A stretch of 32,000 nt of DNA from Corynebacterium glutamicum ATCC 13032 (GCF_000011325.1 NC_003450.3:1230001-1262000), one strand, 5' to 3'. Counted from the stretch's first letter, positions 6,542 through 15,708 are shown. Numbers and translations: made by a program. The notes: generated by a model not told the origin, from the letters alone.

Positions 6542-8125
6542 TTAGCCAGCCGTAATTGGGGTGGGTGTGTTGCCTTCGACCCAGGTGGCGTCGGTGTGTC
6601 CGGTGCGGAGGTAGTCCACAACAATGTCGTTGATTGCTTGGTTGGTGCCGCCGATGGATTGGCCGTGTCCTGGTCCGTTGACGGTGACCACGTGGGCGTT
6701 CATGGCGTCGGCAAGCTCGTTGTGGGTCCAGTATGGGGTTTGTGGGTCGCTGGTTCCCTGGAGGAGTAGTGGTTGGACTGCTAGTTGAGATCCGTCGGTT
6801 GGCTGGCGGCCGCTTGTTGGGGTGATGCCGGAGCAGGCTTGTCCGGAGCTGAATTTAACGGAGTAAATGTCAAAGACGTCGCCGGTGACCATGCTTGTCC
6901 AGGCCATGCGTGCCATTGCTACTGGGTCTGGTGCGACGGTGTTTTCGTTGCACATGACCATGCGCTGCATGTTGACGCTGGCGTTGATGCTTTCGATGAC
7001 GTATGGGTCGTCGCCGGTGTCAGTTACGTCAGGGATGGGTGTTTGCCCTGAGATGGCGCCTGCGAGCATGGGCCAGGTTGATGGCTGTGGGATGTAGGCG
7101 CGGGTGACGTTGAGCAGAGGGCTCAGTGACTGGTTGGATCCAGGGTTTAGGAGCTGGGTGGCAAGGCCCTGGAGTTGCACGGAGGTTGGGTTGGTGGCGG
7201 TCATCATGTCTGCGCCTGCTTGGCCGGCCCATGCGAATGCTGGTGGGACATCGCCAACTTGTGCTGGTGGTGGAGCAACGGTTGGGTTGGTTCCGGTTTC
7301 GGCGACGATCTTGTTTGACCAGTTTTGGTACACGGCTAGTGGGGTAGTGCCGAGGCCATACGTGTCGTTGTTTTCTGCAACCCAGGTGAAGAAGTCGTTG
7401 AGGGAGTTTTTGTAGCCCTGTTCTTGGGAGGCCATGATGCCGTTCCATGCCAGGCTGGGCGCCATTGCGGAATCGAGGACAACCTTGTCGGTGTGCTGTG
7501 GGTAGCGGGTGGCGTAGACCGATCCGAGGTAGGTTCCGTAGGACAGTCCGAAGATGGAGATCTTGTCATCGCCAAGTGCTTGGCGGACGCGCTCCCAGTC
7601 GTTGGCGGTGTTGTCGGTGGTCAGGCTGGAGGTGTAGCCGGGGGTGCCGATCTCGCAGGATTCTTTAACGAAAGCGCCTTCGCGGGTGAGCAGCGAGAGG
7701 AAATCGTATCCTGGTGCGATGTTGTCGCAGTTAACCGGTGTGGAGCCGACCATTCCGCGAGGCTGCACTGCAACGAGGTCGTAGTTTTGGTACATGGCTT
7801 CTGGCCAGTTCATGGATTGGCTGCCGAAGAAGCTATAGGCATCGCCACCAGGGCCACCGGAGTTACCGAAGATGGTGCCGTGCTTTTCGCCTTGGGCAGG
7901 GACCTTGACAAAGCCCACGCTGATATCGCCAAGTGAGGGATCAGAATAGTGCATGGGCACGTCGATGCTGCCACATTGAGCGGAGGCAATATCTACCTGA
8001 GGTGGGCATTCTTCCCAGCGGATGTTTTCTTGCGCTGCTGCAGTGGGCATTGATACCAAAAAGGGGCTAAGCGCAGTCGAGGCGGCAAGAACTGCTACTA
8101 CCCTTTTTATTGTCGAACGGGGCAT
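6542..8125 (-). CDS. secreted alpha/beta hydrolase, S33 tripeptidyl-aminopeptidase (TAP)-like / Hip1-CaeA-like
   Basis: 527 aa. Signal peptide MPRSTIKRVVAVLAASTALSPFLVSMPTAAAQ, nucleophile elbow GLSYG, C-terminal TAP-like pattern LLLQGTSDPQTP...GPGHG, and a GGAG RBS 6 nt upstream. Confidence 0.85.
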   Translation of the reverse strand: MPRSTIKRVVAVLAASTALSPFLVSMPTAAAQENIRWEECPPQVDIASAQCGSIDVPMHYSDPSLGDISVGFVKVPAQGEKHGTIFGNSGGPGGDAYSFFGSQSMNWPEAMYQNYDLVAVQPRGMVGSTPVNCDNIAPGYDFLSLLTREGAFVKESCEIGTPGYTSSLTTDNTANDWERVRQALGDDKISIFGLSYGTYLGSVYATRYPQHTDKVVLDSAMAPSLAWNGIMASQEQGYKNSLNDFFTWVAENNDTYGLGTTPLAVYQNWSNKIVAETGTNPTVAPPPAQVGDVPPAFAWAGQAGADMMTATNPTSVQLQGLATQLLNPGSNQSLSPLLNVTRAYIPQPSTWPMLAGAISGQTPIPDVTDTGDDPYVIESINASVNMQRMVMCNENTVAPDPVAMARMAWTSMVTGDVFDIYSVKFSSGQACSGITPTSGRQPTDGSQLAVQPLLLQGTSDPQTPYWTHNELADAMNAHVVTVNGPGHGQSIGGTNQAINDIVVDYLRTGHTDATWVEGNTPTPITAG

Positions 8126-8259
8126 TACGGCTCCAAGGACGTTTGTTTTCTGGGTCAGTTACCCCAAAAAGCATATACAGAGACCAATGATTTTTCATTA
8201 AAAAGGCAGGGATTTGTTATAAGTATGGGTCGTATTCTGTGCGACGGGTGTACCTCGGC

Positions 8260-8265
8260 TAGAAT
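8260..8265 (+). promoter_or_regulatory. putative -10 hexamer TAGAAT of argS (near-leaderless transcript)
   Basis: TAGAAT ends 8 nt before the argS ATG (8274), and there is no purine-rich RBS in ttctcccc. This is consistent with a leaderless or 1-2 nt leader mRNA, which is common in this genus. Confidence 0.35.
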
Positions 8266-8273
8266 TTCTCCCC

Positions 8274-9926
8274 ATGACACCAGCTGATCTCGCAACATTG
8301 ATTAAAGAGACCGCGGTAGAGGTTTTGACCTCCCGCGAGCTCGATACTTCTGTTCTTCCGGAGCAGGTAGTTGTGGAGCGTCCGCGTAACCCAGAGCACG
8401 GCGATTACGCCACCAACATTGCATTGCAGGTGGCTAAAAAGGTCGGTCAGAACCCTCGGGATTTGGCTACCTGGCTGGCAGAGGCATTGGCTGCAGATGA
8501 CGCCATTGATTCTGCTGAAATTGCTGGCCCAGGCTTTTTGAACATTCGCCTTGCTGCAGCAGCACAGGGTGAAATTGTGGCCAAGATTCTGGCACAGGGC
8601 GAGACTTTCGGAAACTCCGATCACCTTTCCCACTTGGACGTGAACCTCGAGTTCGTTTCTGCAAACCCAACCGGACCTATTCACCTTGGCGGAACCCGCT
8701 GGGCTGCCGTGGGTGACTCTTTGGGTCGTGTGCTGGAGGCTTCCGGCGCGAAAGTGACCCGCGAATACTACTTCAACGATCACGGTCGCCAGATCGATCG
8801 TTTCGCTTTGTCCCTTCTTGCAGCGGCGAAGGGCGAGCCAACGCCAGAAGACGGTTATGGCGGCGAATACATTAAGGAAATTGCGGAGGCAATCGTCGAA
8901 AAGCATCCTGAAGCGTTGGCTTTGGAGCCTGCCGCAACCCAGGAGCTTTTCCGCGCTGAAGGCGTGGAGATGATGTTCGAGCACATCAAATCTTCCCTGC
9001 ATGAGTTCGGCACCGATTTCGATGTCTACTACCACGAGAACTCCCTGTTCGAGTCCGGTGCGGTGGACAAGGCCGTGCAGGTGCTGAAGGACAACGGCAA
9101 CCTGTACGAAAACGAGGGCGCTTGGTGGCTGCGTTCCACCGAATTCGGCGATGACAAAGACCGCGTGGTGATCAAGTCTGACGGCGACGCAGCCTACATC
9201 GCTGGCGATATCGCGTACGTGGCTGATAAGTTCTCCCGCGGACACAACCTAAACATCTACATGTTGGGTGCTGACCACCATGGTTACATCGCGCGCCTGA
9301 AGGCAGCGGCGGCGGCACTTGGCTACAAGCCAGAAGGCGTTGAAGTCCTGATTGGCCAGATGGTGAACCTGCTTCGCGACGGCAAGGCAGTGCGTATGTC
9401 CAAGCGTGCAGGCACCGTGGTCACCCTAGATGACCTCGTTGAAGCAATCGGCATCGATGCGGCGCGTTACTCCCTGATCCGTTCCTCCGTGGATTCTTCC
9501 CTGGATATCGATCTCGGCCTGTGGGAATCCCAGTCCTCCGACAACCCTGTGTACTACGTGCAGTACGGACACGCTCGTCTGTGCTCCATCGCGCGCAAGG
9601 CAGAGACCTTGGGTGTCACCGAGGAAGGCGCAGACCTATCTCTACTGACCCACGACCGCGAAGGCGATCTCATCCGCACACTCGGAGAGTTCCCAGCAGT
9701 GGTGAAGGCTGCCGCTGACCTACGTGAACCACACCGCATTGCCCGCTATGCTGAGGAATTAGCTGGAACTTTCCACCGCTTCTACGATTCCTGCCACATC
9801 CTTCCAAAGGTTGATGAGGATACGGCACCAATCCACACAGCACGTCTGGCACTTGCAGCAGCAACCCGCCAGACCCTCGCTAACGCCCTGCACCTGGTTG
9901 GCGTTTCCGCACCGGAGAAGATGTAA
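8274..9926 (+). CDS. argS: arginyl-tRNA synthetase
   Basis: 550 aa class I aaRS with HIGH-type motif [16 protein letters not shown]-type RMSKRAG, and a DALR anticodon-binding C-terminus. Its stop lies 2 nt before the lysA start. Confidence 0.97.
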
Positions 9927-9928
9927 CA

Positions 9929-11266
9929 ATGGCTACAGTTGAAAATTTCAATGAACTTCCCGCACACGTATGGCCACGCAATGCCGTGCGCCAAGAAGAC
10001 GGCGTTGTCACCGTCGCTGGTGTGCCTCTGCCTGACCTCGCTGAAGAATACGGAACCCCACTGTTCGTAGTCGACGAGGACGATTTCCGTTCCCGCTGTC
10101 GCGACATGGCTACCGCATTCGGTGGACCAGGCAATGTGCACTACGCATCTAAAGCGTTCCTGACCAAGACCATTGCACGTTGGGTTGATGAAGAGGGGCT
10201 GGCACTGGACATTGCATCCATCAACGAACTGGGCATTGCCCTGGCCGCTGGTTTCCCCGCCAGCCGTATCACCGCGCACGGCAACAACAAAGGCGTAGAG
10301 TTCCTGCGCGCGTTGGTTCAAAACGGTGTGGGACACGTGGTGCTGGACTCCGCACAGGAACTAGAACTGTTGGATTACGTTGCCGCTGGTGAAGGCAAGA
10401 TTCAGGACGTGTTGATCCGCGTAAAGCCAGGCATCGAAGCACACACCCACGAGTTCATCGCCACTAGCCACGAAGACCAGAAGTTCGGATTCTCCCTGGC
10501 ATCCGGTTCCGCATTCGAAGCAGCAAAAGCCGCCAACAACGCAGAAAACCTGAACCTGGTTGGCCTGCACTGCCACGTTGGTTCCCAGGTGTTCGACGCC
10601 GAAGGCTTCAAGCTGGCAGCAGAACGCGTGTTGGGCCTGTACTCACAGATCCACAGCGAACTGGGCGTTGCCCTTCCTGAACTGGATCTCGGTGGCGGAT
10701 ACGGCATTGCCTATACCGCAGCTGAAGAACCACTCAACGTCGCAGAAGTTGCCTCCGACCTGCTCACCGCAGTCGGAAAAATGGCAGCGGAACTAGGCAT
10801 CGACGCACCAACCGTGCTTGTTGAGCCCGGCCGCGCTATCGCAGGCCCCTCCACCGTGACCATCTACGAAGTCGGCACCACCAAAGACGTCCACGTAGAC
10901 GACGACAAAACCCGCCGTTACATCGCCGTGGACGGAGGCATGTCCGACAACATCCGCCCAGCACTCTACGGCTCCGAATACGACGCCCGCGTAGTATCCC
11001 GCTTCGCCGAAGGAGACCCAGTAAGCACCCGCATCGTGGGCTCCCACTGCGAATCCGGCGATATCCTGATCAACGATGAAATCTACCCATCTGACATCAC
11101 CAGCGGCGACTTCCTTGCACTCGCAGCCACCGGCGCATACTGCTACGCCATGAGCTCCCGCTACAACGCCTTCACACGGCCCGCCGTCGTGTCCGTCCGC
11201 GCTGGCAGCTCCCGCCTCATGCTGCGCCGCGAAACGCTCGACGACATCCTCTCACTAGAGGCATAA
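9929..11266 (+). CDS. lysA: diaminopimelate decarboxylase
   Basis: 445 aa PLP-dependent (fold type III) decarboxylase with HYASKAF (PLP lysine), GGGYGI, and CESGD near the C-terminus. The argS-lysA operon arrangement is known for C. glutamicum. Confidence 0.97.
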
Positions 11267-11285
11267 CGCTTTTCGACGCCTGACC

Positions 11286-11318
11286 CCGCCCTTCACCTTC
11301 GCCGTGGAGGGCGGTTTT
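11286..11318 (+). terminator. Rho-independent terminator of argS-lysA
   Basis: CCGCCCTTC (11286-11294) pairs with GGAGGGCGG (11306-11314), followed by TTTT (11315-11318). Confidence 0.75.
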
Positions 11319-11390
11319 GGGTTTCTGGGTTTCTTTGCGAACTTAAGGTGTCTAGGGGTCTGCAGTCGAGGCTTCAGAGGTTTTATTGCT

Positions 11391-11531
11391 CGACTTCACG
11401 TGTGCTGACTTCGCGTGCTCAACTTCTCATGAGGCGACATCAGTCGAAAAGCCGGTCATTGTCGTATGAAGTCTGCGCACGAGAAGTTGAGCGGAAGAAG
11501 TCGGTGTTAAGAAGTCGACCGCGTGAAGTCG
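11391..11531. repeat. ~140-bp imperfect palindrome composed of GACTTC / GAAGTC units
   Basis: Perfect outer arms cgacttcacg (11391-11400) / cgtgaagtcg (11522-11531). Perfect inner arms gctcaacttctc (11417-11428) / gagaagttgagc (11481-11492). GACTTC-type hexamers occur at 11392, 11407 and 11421, and the inverse GAAGTC-type at 11469, 11483, 11498, 11511 and 11525. Confidence 0.6.
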
Positions 11532-11550
11532 CCCTTTAGGAGAATTCTGA

Positions 11551-12156
11551 CTAACTGGAGCCAAAACTTGATCCACTCGAGAGCTGTGCAGTCTCTTTTT
11601 CCTTCAATTCTGCCTGCTCGAGCTCGTAGAAGTAGAGGTCTACTTCAGTTGGTTCACCTTGCACACAAGCATGAAGTAGTGGGTAGGTCGAGTTGTTAAA
11701 TGCGGTGTAGAAGGGGAGTAGTTCGCTAGCAAAGGTTAATTTGGAGTCGCTGTACTGCGGGTTCTCGGGTGGAGTATTCCCGGAGGATTCAAGAAATCTT
11801 GACGCATCTTTGATGAGGTATGTTTGGAATTCGTCGGCACCTTCCTCGCCGGAGAGGTAGTAGGAGTTGTCGTAATTTGGAACCCAGATGGCAAATCGTG
11901 CGTTTTCGATTGCGTCCAGGAGTTCCTCTACGTTGTATCTCGCACTTGTTGCAGCGGAAGCGACTCGGTTGCCGATGTCTCCGTATGCAGTGAGCGTGGC
12001 GTTTCCGAGGGGAACTTGATCAGAGGAATACACCATGGAGCCGATGTCAGAGGCGACTGCGGGCAGATCCTTTTGAAGCTGTTTCACAATTTCTTTGCCC
12101 AGTTCGCGGCGGATCTGGAACCACTTTTGCATGCGATCGTCGTCAGAGTGGTTCAT
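11551..12156 (-). CDS. hypothetical acidic protein, 201 aa (no family recognised)
   Basis: Long ORF with coding-like composition. Its ATG overlaps the stop of an upstream small ORF (ATGA). No motif I can assign. Confidence 0.7.
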   Translation of the reverse strand: MNHSDDDRMQKWFQIRRELGKEIVKQLQKDLPAVASDIGSMVYSSDQVPLGNATLTAYGDIGNRVASAATSARYNVEELLDAIENARFAIWVPNYDNSYYLSGEEGADEFQTYLIKDASRFLESSGNTPPENPQYSDSKLTFASELLPFYTAFNNSTYPLLHACVQGEPTEVDLYFYELEQAELKEKETAQLSSGSSFGSS

Positions 12157-12275
12157 GTGAAAAATACACTCACCATCTCAATGGTCATGGTGAAGGCCTG
12201 TACTGGCTGCGACAGCATGGAACTCAGTGCAATGGCTGTAAGGCCTGCACCAACAATGATTGAGCGAAGCTCCAA
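12153..12275 (-). CDS. candidate 40-aa hydrophobic small protein / signal-peptide-like ORF, translationally coupled to the 201-aa ORF
   Basis: Below the 60-aa track cut-off. A TTG start at 12275 lies 5 nt after GGAGG. Product: (M)ELRSIIVGAGLTAIALSSMLSQPVQAFTMTIEMVSVFFT. The TGA stop overlaps the downstream ATG (ATGA). An in-frame TAA lies 8 codons upstream of the start. Confidence 0.35.
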   Translation of the reverse strand: MELRSIIVGAGLTAIALSSMLSQPVQAFTMTIEMVSVFFT

Positions 12276-12407
12276 AATGTCCTCCCCGGGTTGATATTAG
12301 ATTTCATAAATATACTAAAAATCTTGAGAGTTTTTCCGTTGAAAACTAAAAAGCTGGGAAGGTGAATCGAATTTCGGGGCTTTAAAGCAAAAATGAACAG
12401 CTTGGTC

Positions 12408-12413
12408 TATAGT
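12408..12413 (+). promoter_or_regulatory. putative hom-thrB -10 region (TATAGT followed by GG)
   Basis: ttggtcTATAGTgg resembles the corynebacterial extended -10 (tgngnTAnaaTgg). It predicts a leader of roughly 85-90 nt before the hom ATG at 12507. Confidence 0.4.
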
Positions 12414-12506
12414 GGCTAGGTACCCTTTTTGTTTTGGACACATGTAGGGTGGCCGAAACAAAGTAATAGGACAACAACGCTCGACCGCGATTATTTTTGG
12501 AGAATC

Positions 12507-13844
12507 ATGACCTCAGCATCTGCCCCAAGCTTTAACCCCGGCAAGGGTCCCGGCTCAGCAGTCGGAATTGCCCTTTTAGGATTCGGAACAGTCGGCACTG
12601 AGGTGATGCGTCTGATGACCGAGTACGGTGATGAACTTGCGCACCGCATTGGTGGCCCACTGGAGGTTCGTGGCATTGCTGTTTCTGATATCTCAAAGCC
12701 ACGTGAAGGCGTTGCACCTGAGCTGCTCACTGAGGACGCTTTTGCACTCATCGAGCGCGAGGATGTTGACATCGTCGTTGAGGTTATCGGCGGCATTGAG
12801 TACCCACGTGAGGTAGTTCTCGCAGCTCTGAAGGCCGGCAAGTCTGTTGTTACCGCCAATAAGGCTCTTGTTGCAGCTCACTCTGCTGAGCTTGCTGATG
12901 CAGCGGAAGCCGCAAACGTTGACCTGTACTTCGAGGCTGCTGTTGCAGGCGCAATTCCAGTGGTTGGCCCACTGCGTCGCTCCCTGGCTGGCGATCAGAT
13001 CCAGTCTGTGATGGGCATCGTTAACGGCACCACCAACTTCATCTTGGACGCCATGGATTCCACCGGCGCTGACTATGCAGATTCTTTGGCTGAGGCAACT
13101 CGTTTGGGTTACGCCGAAGCTGATCCAACTGCAGACGTCGAAGGCCATGACGCCGCATCCAAGGCTGCAATTTTGGCATCCATCGCTTTCCACACCCGTG
13201 TTACCGCGGATGATGTGTACTGCGAAGGTATCAGCAACATCAGCGCTGCCGACATTGAGGCAGCACAGCAGGCAGGCCACACCATCAAGTTGTTGGCCAT
13301 CTGTGAGAAGTTCACCAACAAGGAAGGAAAGTCGGCTATTTCTGCTCGCGTGCACCCGACTCTATTACCTGTGTCCCACCCACTGGCGTCGGTAAACAAG
13401 TCCTTTAATGCAATCTTTGTTGAAGCAGAAGCAGCTGGTCGCCTGATGTTCTACGGAAACGGTGCAGGTGGCGCGCCAACCGCGTCTGCTGTGCTTGGCG
13501 ACGTCGTTGGTGCCGCACGAAACAAGGTGCACGGTGGCCGTGCTCCAGGTGAGTCCACCTACGCTAACCTGCCGATCGCTGATTTCGGTGAGACCACCAC
13601 TCGTTACCACCTCGACATGGATGTGGAAGATCGCGTGGGGGTTTTGGCTGAATTGGCTAGCCTGTTCTCTGAGCAAGGAATCTCCCTGCGTACAATCCGA
13701 CAGGAAGAGCGCGATGATGATGCACGTCTGATCGTGGTCACCCACTCTGCGCTGGAATCTGATCTTTCCCGCACCGTTGAACTGCTGAAGGCTAAGCCTG
13801 TTGTTAAGGCAATCAACAGTGTGATCCGCCTCGAAAGGGACTAA
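12507..13844 (+). CDS. hom: homoserine dehydrogenase
   Basis: I recognise the C. glutamicum Hom sequence starting [16 protein letters not shown] (445 aa) with a C-terminal ACT domain. GGAGA RBS at 12499-12503. The track ORF start at 12429 is an upstream in-frame artefact. Confidence 0.97.
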
Positions 13845-13854
13845 TTTTACTGAC

Positions 13855-14784
13855 ATGGCAATTGAACTGAACGTCGGTCGTAAGGTTACCGTCACGGTAC
13901 CTGGATCTTCTGCAAACCTCGGACCTGGCTTTGACACTTTAGGTTTGGCACTGTCGGTATACGACACTGTCGAAGTGGAAATTATTCCATCTGGCTTGGA
14001 AGTGGAAGTTTTTGGCGAAGGCCAAGGCGAAGTCCCTCTTGATGGCTCCCACCTGGTGGTTAAAGCTATTCGTGCTGGCCTGAAGGCAGCTGACGCTGAA
14101 GTTCCTGGATTGCGAGTGGTGTGCCACAACAACATTCCGCAGTCTCGTGGTCTTGGCTCCTCTGCTGCAGCGGCGGTTGCTGGTGTTGCTGCAGCTAATG
14201 GTTTGGCGGATTTCCCGCTGACTCAAGAGCAGATTGTTCAGTTGTCCTCTGCCTTTGAAGGCCACCCAGATAATGCTGCGGCTTCTGTGCTGGGTGGAGC
14301 AGTGGTGTCGTGGACAAATCTGTCTATCGACGGCAAGAGCCAGCCACAGTATGCTGCTGTACCACTTGAGGTGCAGGACAATATTCGTGCGACTGCGCTG
14401 GTTCCTAATTTCCACGCATCCACCGAAGCTGTGCGCCGAGTCCTTCCCACTGAAGTCACTCACATCGATGCGCGATTTAACGTGTCCCGCGTTGCAGTGA
14501 TGATCGTTGCGTTGCAGCAGCGTCCTGATTTGCTGTGGGAGGGTACTCGTGACCGTCTGCACCAGCCTTATCGTGCAGAAGTGTTGCCTATTACCTCTGA
14601 GTGGGTAAACCGCCTGCGCAACCGTGGCTACGCGGCATACCTTTCCGGTGCCGGCCCAACCGCCATGGTGCTGTCCACTGAGCCAATTCCAGACAAGGTT
14701 TTGGAAGATGCTCGTGAGTCTGGCATTAAGGTGCTTGAGCTTGAGGTTGCGGGACCAGTCAAGGTTGAAGTTAACCAACCTTAG
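13855..14784 (+). CDS. thrB: homoserine kinase
   Basis: 309 aa GHMP kinase with [12 protein letters not shown] and [10 protein letters not shown] motifs. It lies 10 nt after the hom stop, matching the hom-thrB operon. Confidence 0.97.
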
Positions 14785-14795
14785 GCCCAACAAGG

Positions 14796-14826
14796 AAGGC
14801 CCCCTTCGAATCAAGAAGGGGGCCTT
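14796..14826. terminator. strong hairpin shared by convergent thrB and arnR
   Basis: Perfect 12-bp stem AAGGCCCCCTTC (14796-14807) / GAAGGGGGCCTT (14815-14826) with a 7-nt loop, between the thrB stop (14784) and the arnR stop (14840). Confidence 0.8.
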
Positions 14827-14839
14827 ATTAGTGCAGCAA

Positions 14840-15532
14840 TTATTCGCTGAACACGTGAACCTTACAGGTGCCCGGCGCGTTGAGTGGTTTGAGTTCCAGC
14901 TGGATGCGGTTGTTTTCACCGAGGCTTTCTTGGATGAATCCGGCGTGGATGGCGCAGACGAAGGCTGATGGGCGTTTGTCGTTGACCACAAATGGGCAGC
15001 TGTGTAGAGCGAGGGAGTTTGCTTCTTCGGTTTCGGTGGGGTCAAAGCCCATTTCGCGGAGGCGGTTAATGAGCGGGGAGAGGGCTTCGTCGAGTTCTTC
15101 GGCTTCGGCGTGGTTAATGCCCATGACGTGTGCCCACTGGGTTCCGATGGAAAGTGCTTTGGCGCGGAGGTCGGGGTTGTGCATTGCGTCATCGTCGACA
15201 TCGCCGAGCATGTTGGCCATGAGTTCGATCAGGGTGATGTATTCTTTGGCGACAGCGCGGTTGTCGGGGACGCGTGTTTGGAAGATGAGGGAGGGGCGTC
15301 CGCGACCTTTGGCTGCTGCGGTGACTACTCGGATGGCTTCTTTTGCTACGAGTTCTTCGAGGTGGCCGCGGGCGGTGTTGACGTGAAGGTCGAGTTTTTT
15401 GGCGACATCGATCGCGCGGGCACCGTCAGGGAAGGTTTGTAGGGCATCTAAAACTTCGCGCTGCTTTGGGCTGAGTTTGTAGGACTCGGCAAAAAGATCG
15501 GAGGCTGCGGTAGGGGCGGTTTGTGTGGTCAC
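14840..15532 (-). CDS. arnR: ArnR-type transcriptional repressor of nitrate reductase genes
   Basis: 230 aa, positioned directly downstream of narI as for arnR in C. glutamicum. N-terminal winged HTH (REVLDALQTFPDGARAIDVAKKLDLHVNTARGHLEELV) and three C-terminal cysteines (HSCPF, FVCAIH, GTCKV) that fit an Fe-S sensor. GTG start with no obvious RBS. Confidence 0.8.
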   Translation of the reverse strand: MTTQTAPTAASDLFAESYKLSPKQREVLDALQTFPDGARAIDVAKKLDLHVNTARGHLEELVAKEAIRVVTAAAKGRGRPSLIFQTRVPDNRAVAKEYITLIELMANMLGDVDDDAMHNPDLRAKALSIGTQWAHVMGINHAEAEELDEALSPLINRLREMGFDPTETEEANSLALHSCPFVVNDKRPSAFVCAIHAGFIQESLGENNRIQLELKPLNAPGTCKVHVFSE

Positions 15533-15606
15533 GTCGGGCTCGCTCTGGTGGGGTTCTCCTCGTATCGGTGCTTAGCAGATGTTATGGAGAAAAGTGTATT
15601 AATTGA

Positions 15607-15616
15607 TTAATTAAAT
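15607..15616. promoter_or_regulatory. ArnR-type box TAATTAAATA upstream of arnR
   Basis: 10/10 match to the inverted repeat TA(A/T)TTAA(A/T)TA that I recall as the reported ArnR site. A second 8/10 copy, TATTTAATAC, lies at 15632-15641. The two flank a minus-strand TATGAT -10 candidate (15623-15628). Confidence 0.4.
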
Positions 15617-15676
15617 ATAGGGAATCATACCATATTTAATACTGTAAAACCCTAAACAATGTTTTGTTTACCAAGC

Positions 15677-15708
15677 AACAAGCCCCCTGAGATTAACTAG
15701 GGGGCTTG
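15677..15708 (-). terminator. hairpin terminator after narI
   Basis: Perfect 11-bp stem ACAAGCCCCCT (15677-15687) / AGGGGGCTTGT (15698-15708) with a 10-nt loop, 9 nt below the narI stop. Confidence 0.7.

Noticed and set aside
8259-9245. A 328-aa ORF on the minus strand opposite argS. Similar long antisense ORFs lie at 9782-10336, 12693-13355 and 13365-14135.
   Set aside because: These are shadow ORFs, typical of GC-rich coding DNA. They lie exactly antisense to genes with unmistakable identity, their products are low-complexity or atypical, and they have no RBS or motif.
11348-11539. A 63-aa, extremely basic plus-strand ORF (MSRGLQSRLQRFYCSTSRVL...).
   Set aside because: It lies entirely inside the GACTTC/GAAGTC palindrome. 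Its Arg/Ser-rich product is a by-product of the repeat sequence. It has no RBS.
12414-12506. A possible attenuator or leader peptide in the hom leader (the T-run ccctttttgttttgg).
   Set aside because: No stable hairpin precedes the T-run, and there is no Thr/Ile/Met-rich leader ORF.
13939-15201. A 420-aa minus-strand ORF spanning thrB (antisense) and running into arnR in another frame.
   Set aside because: It crosses a strong terminator hairpin and two well-supported genes. Its product is Ser/Thr/Pro/Lys-rich low complexity. It is an antisense artefact.
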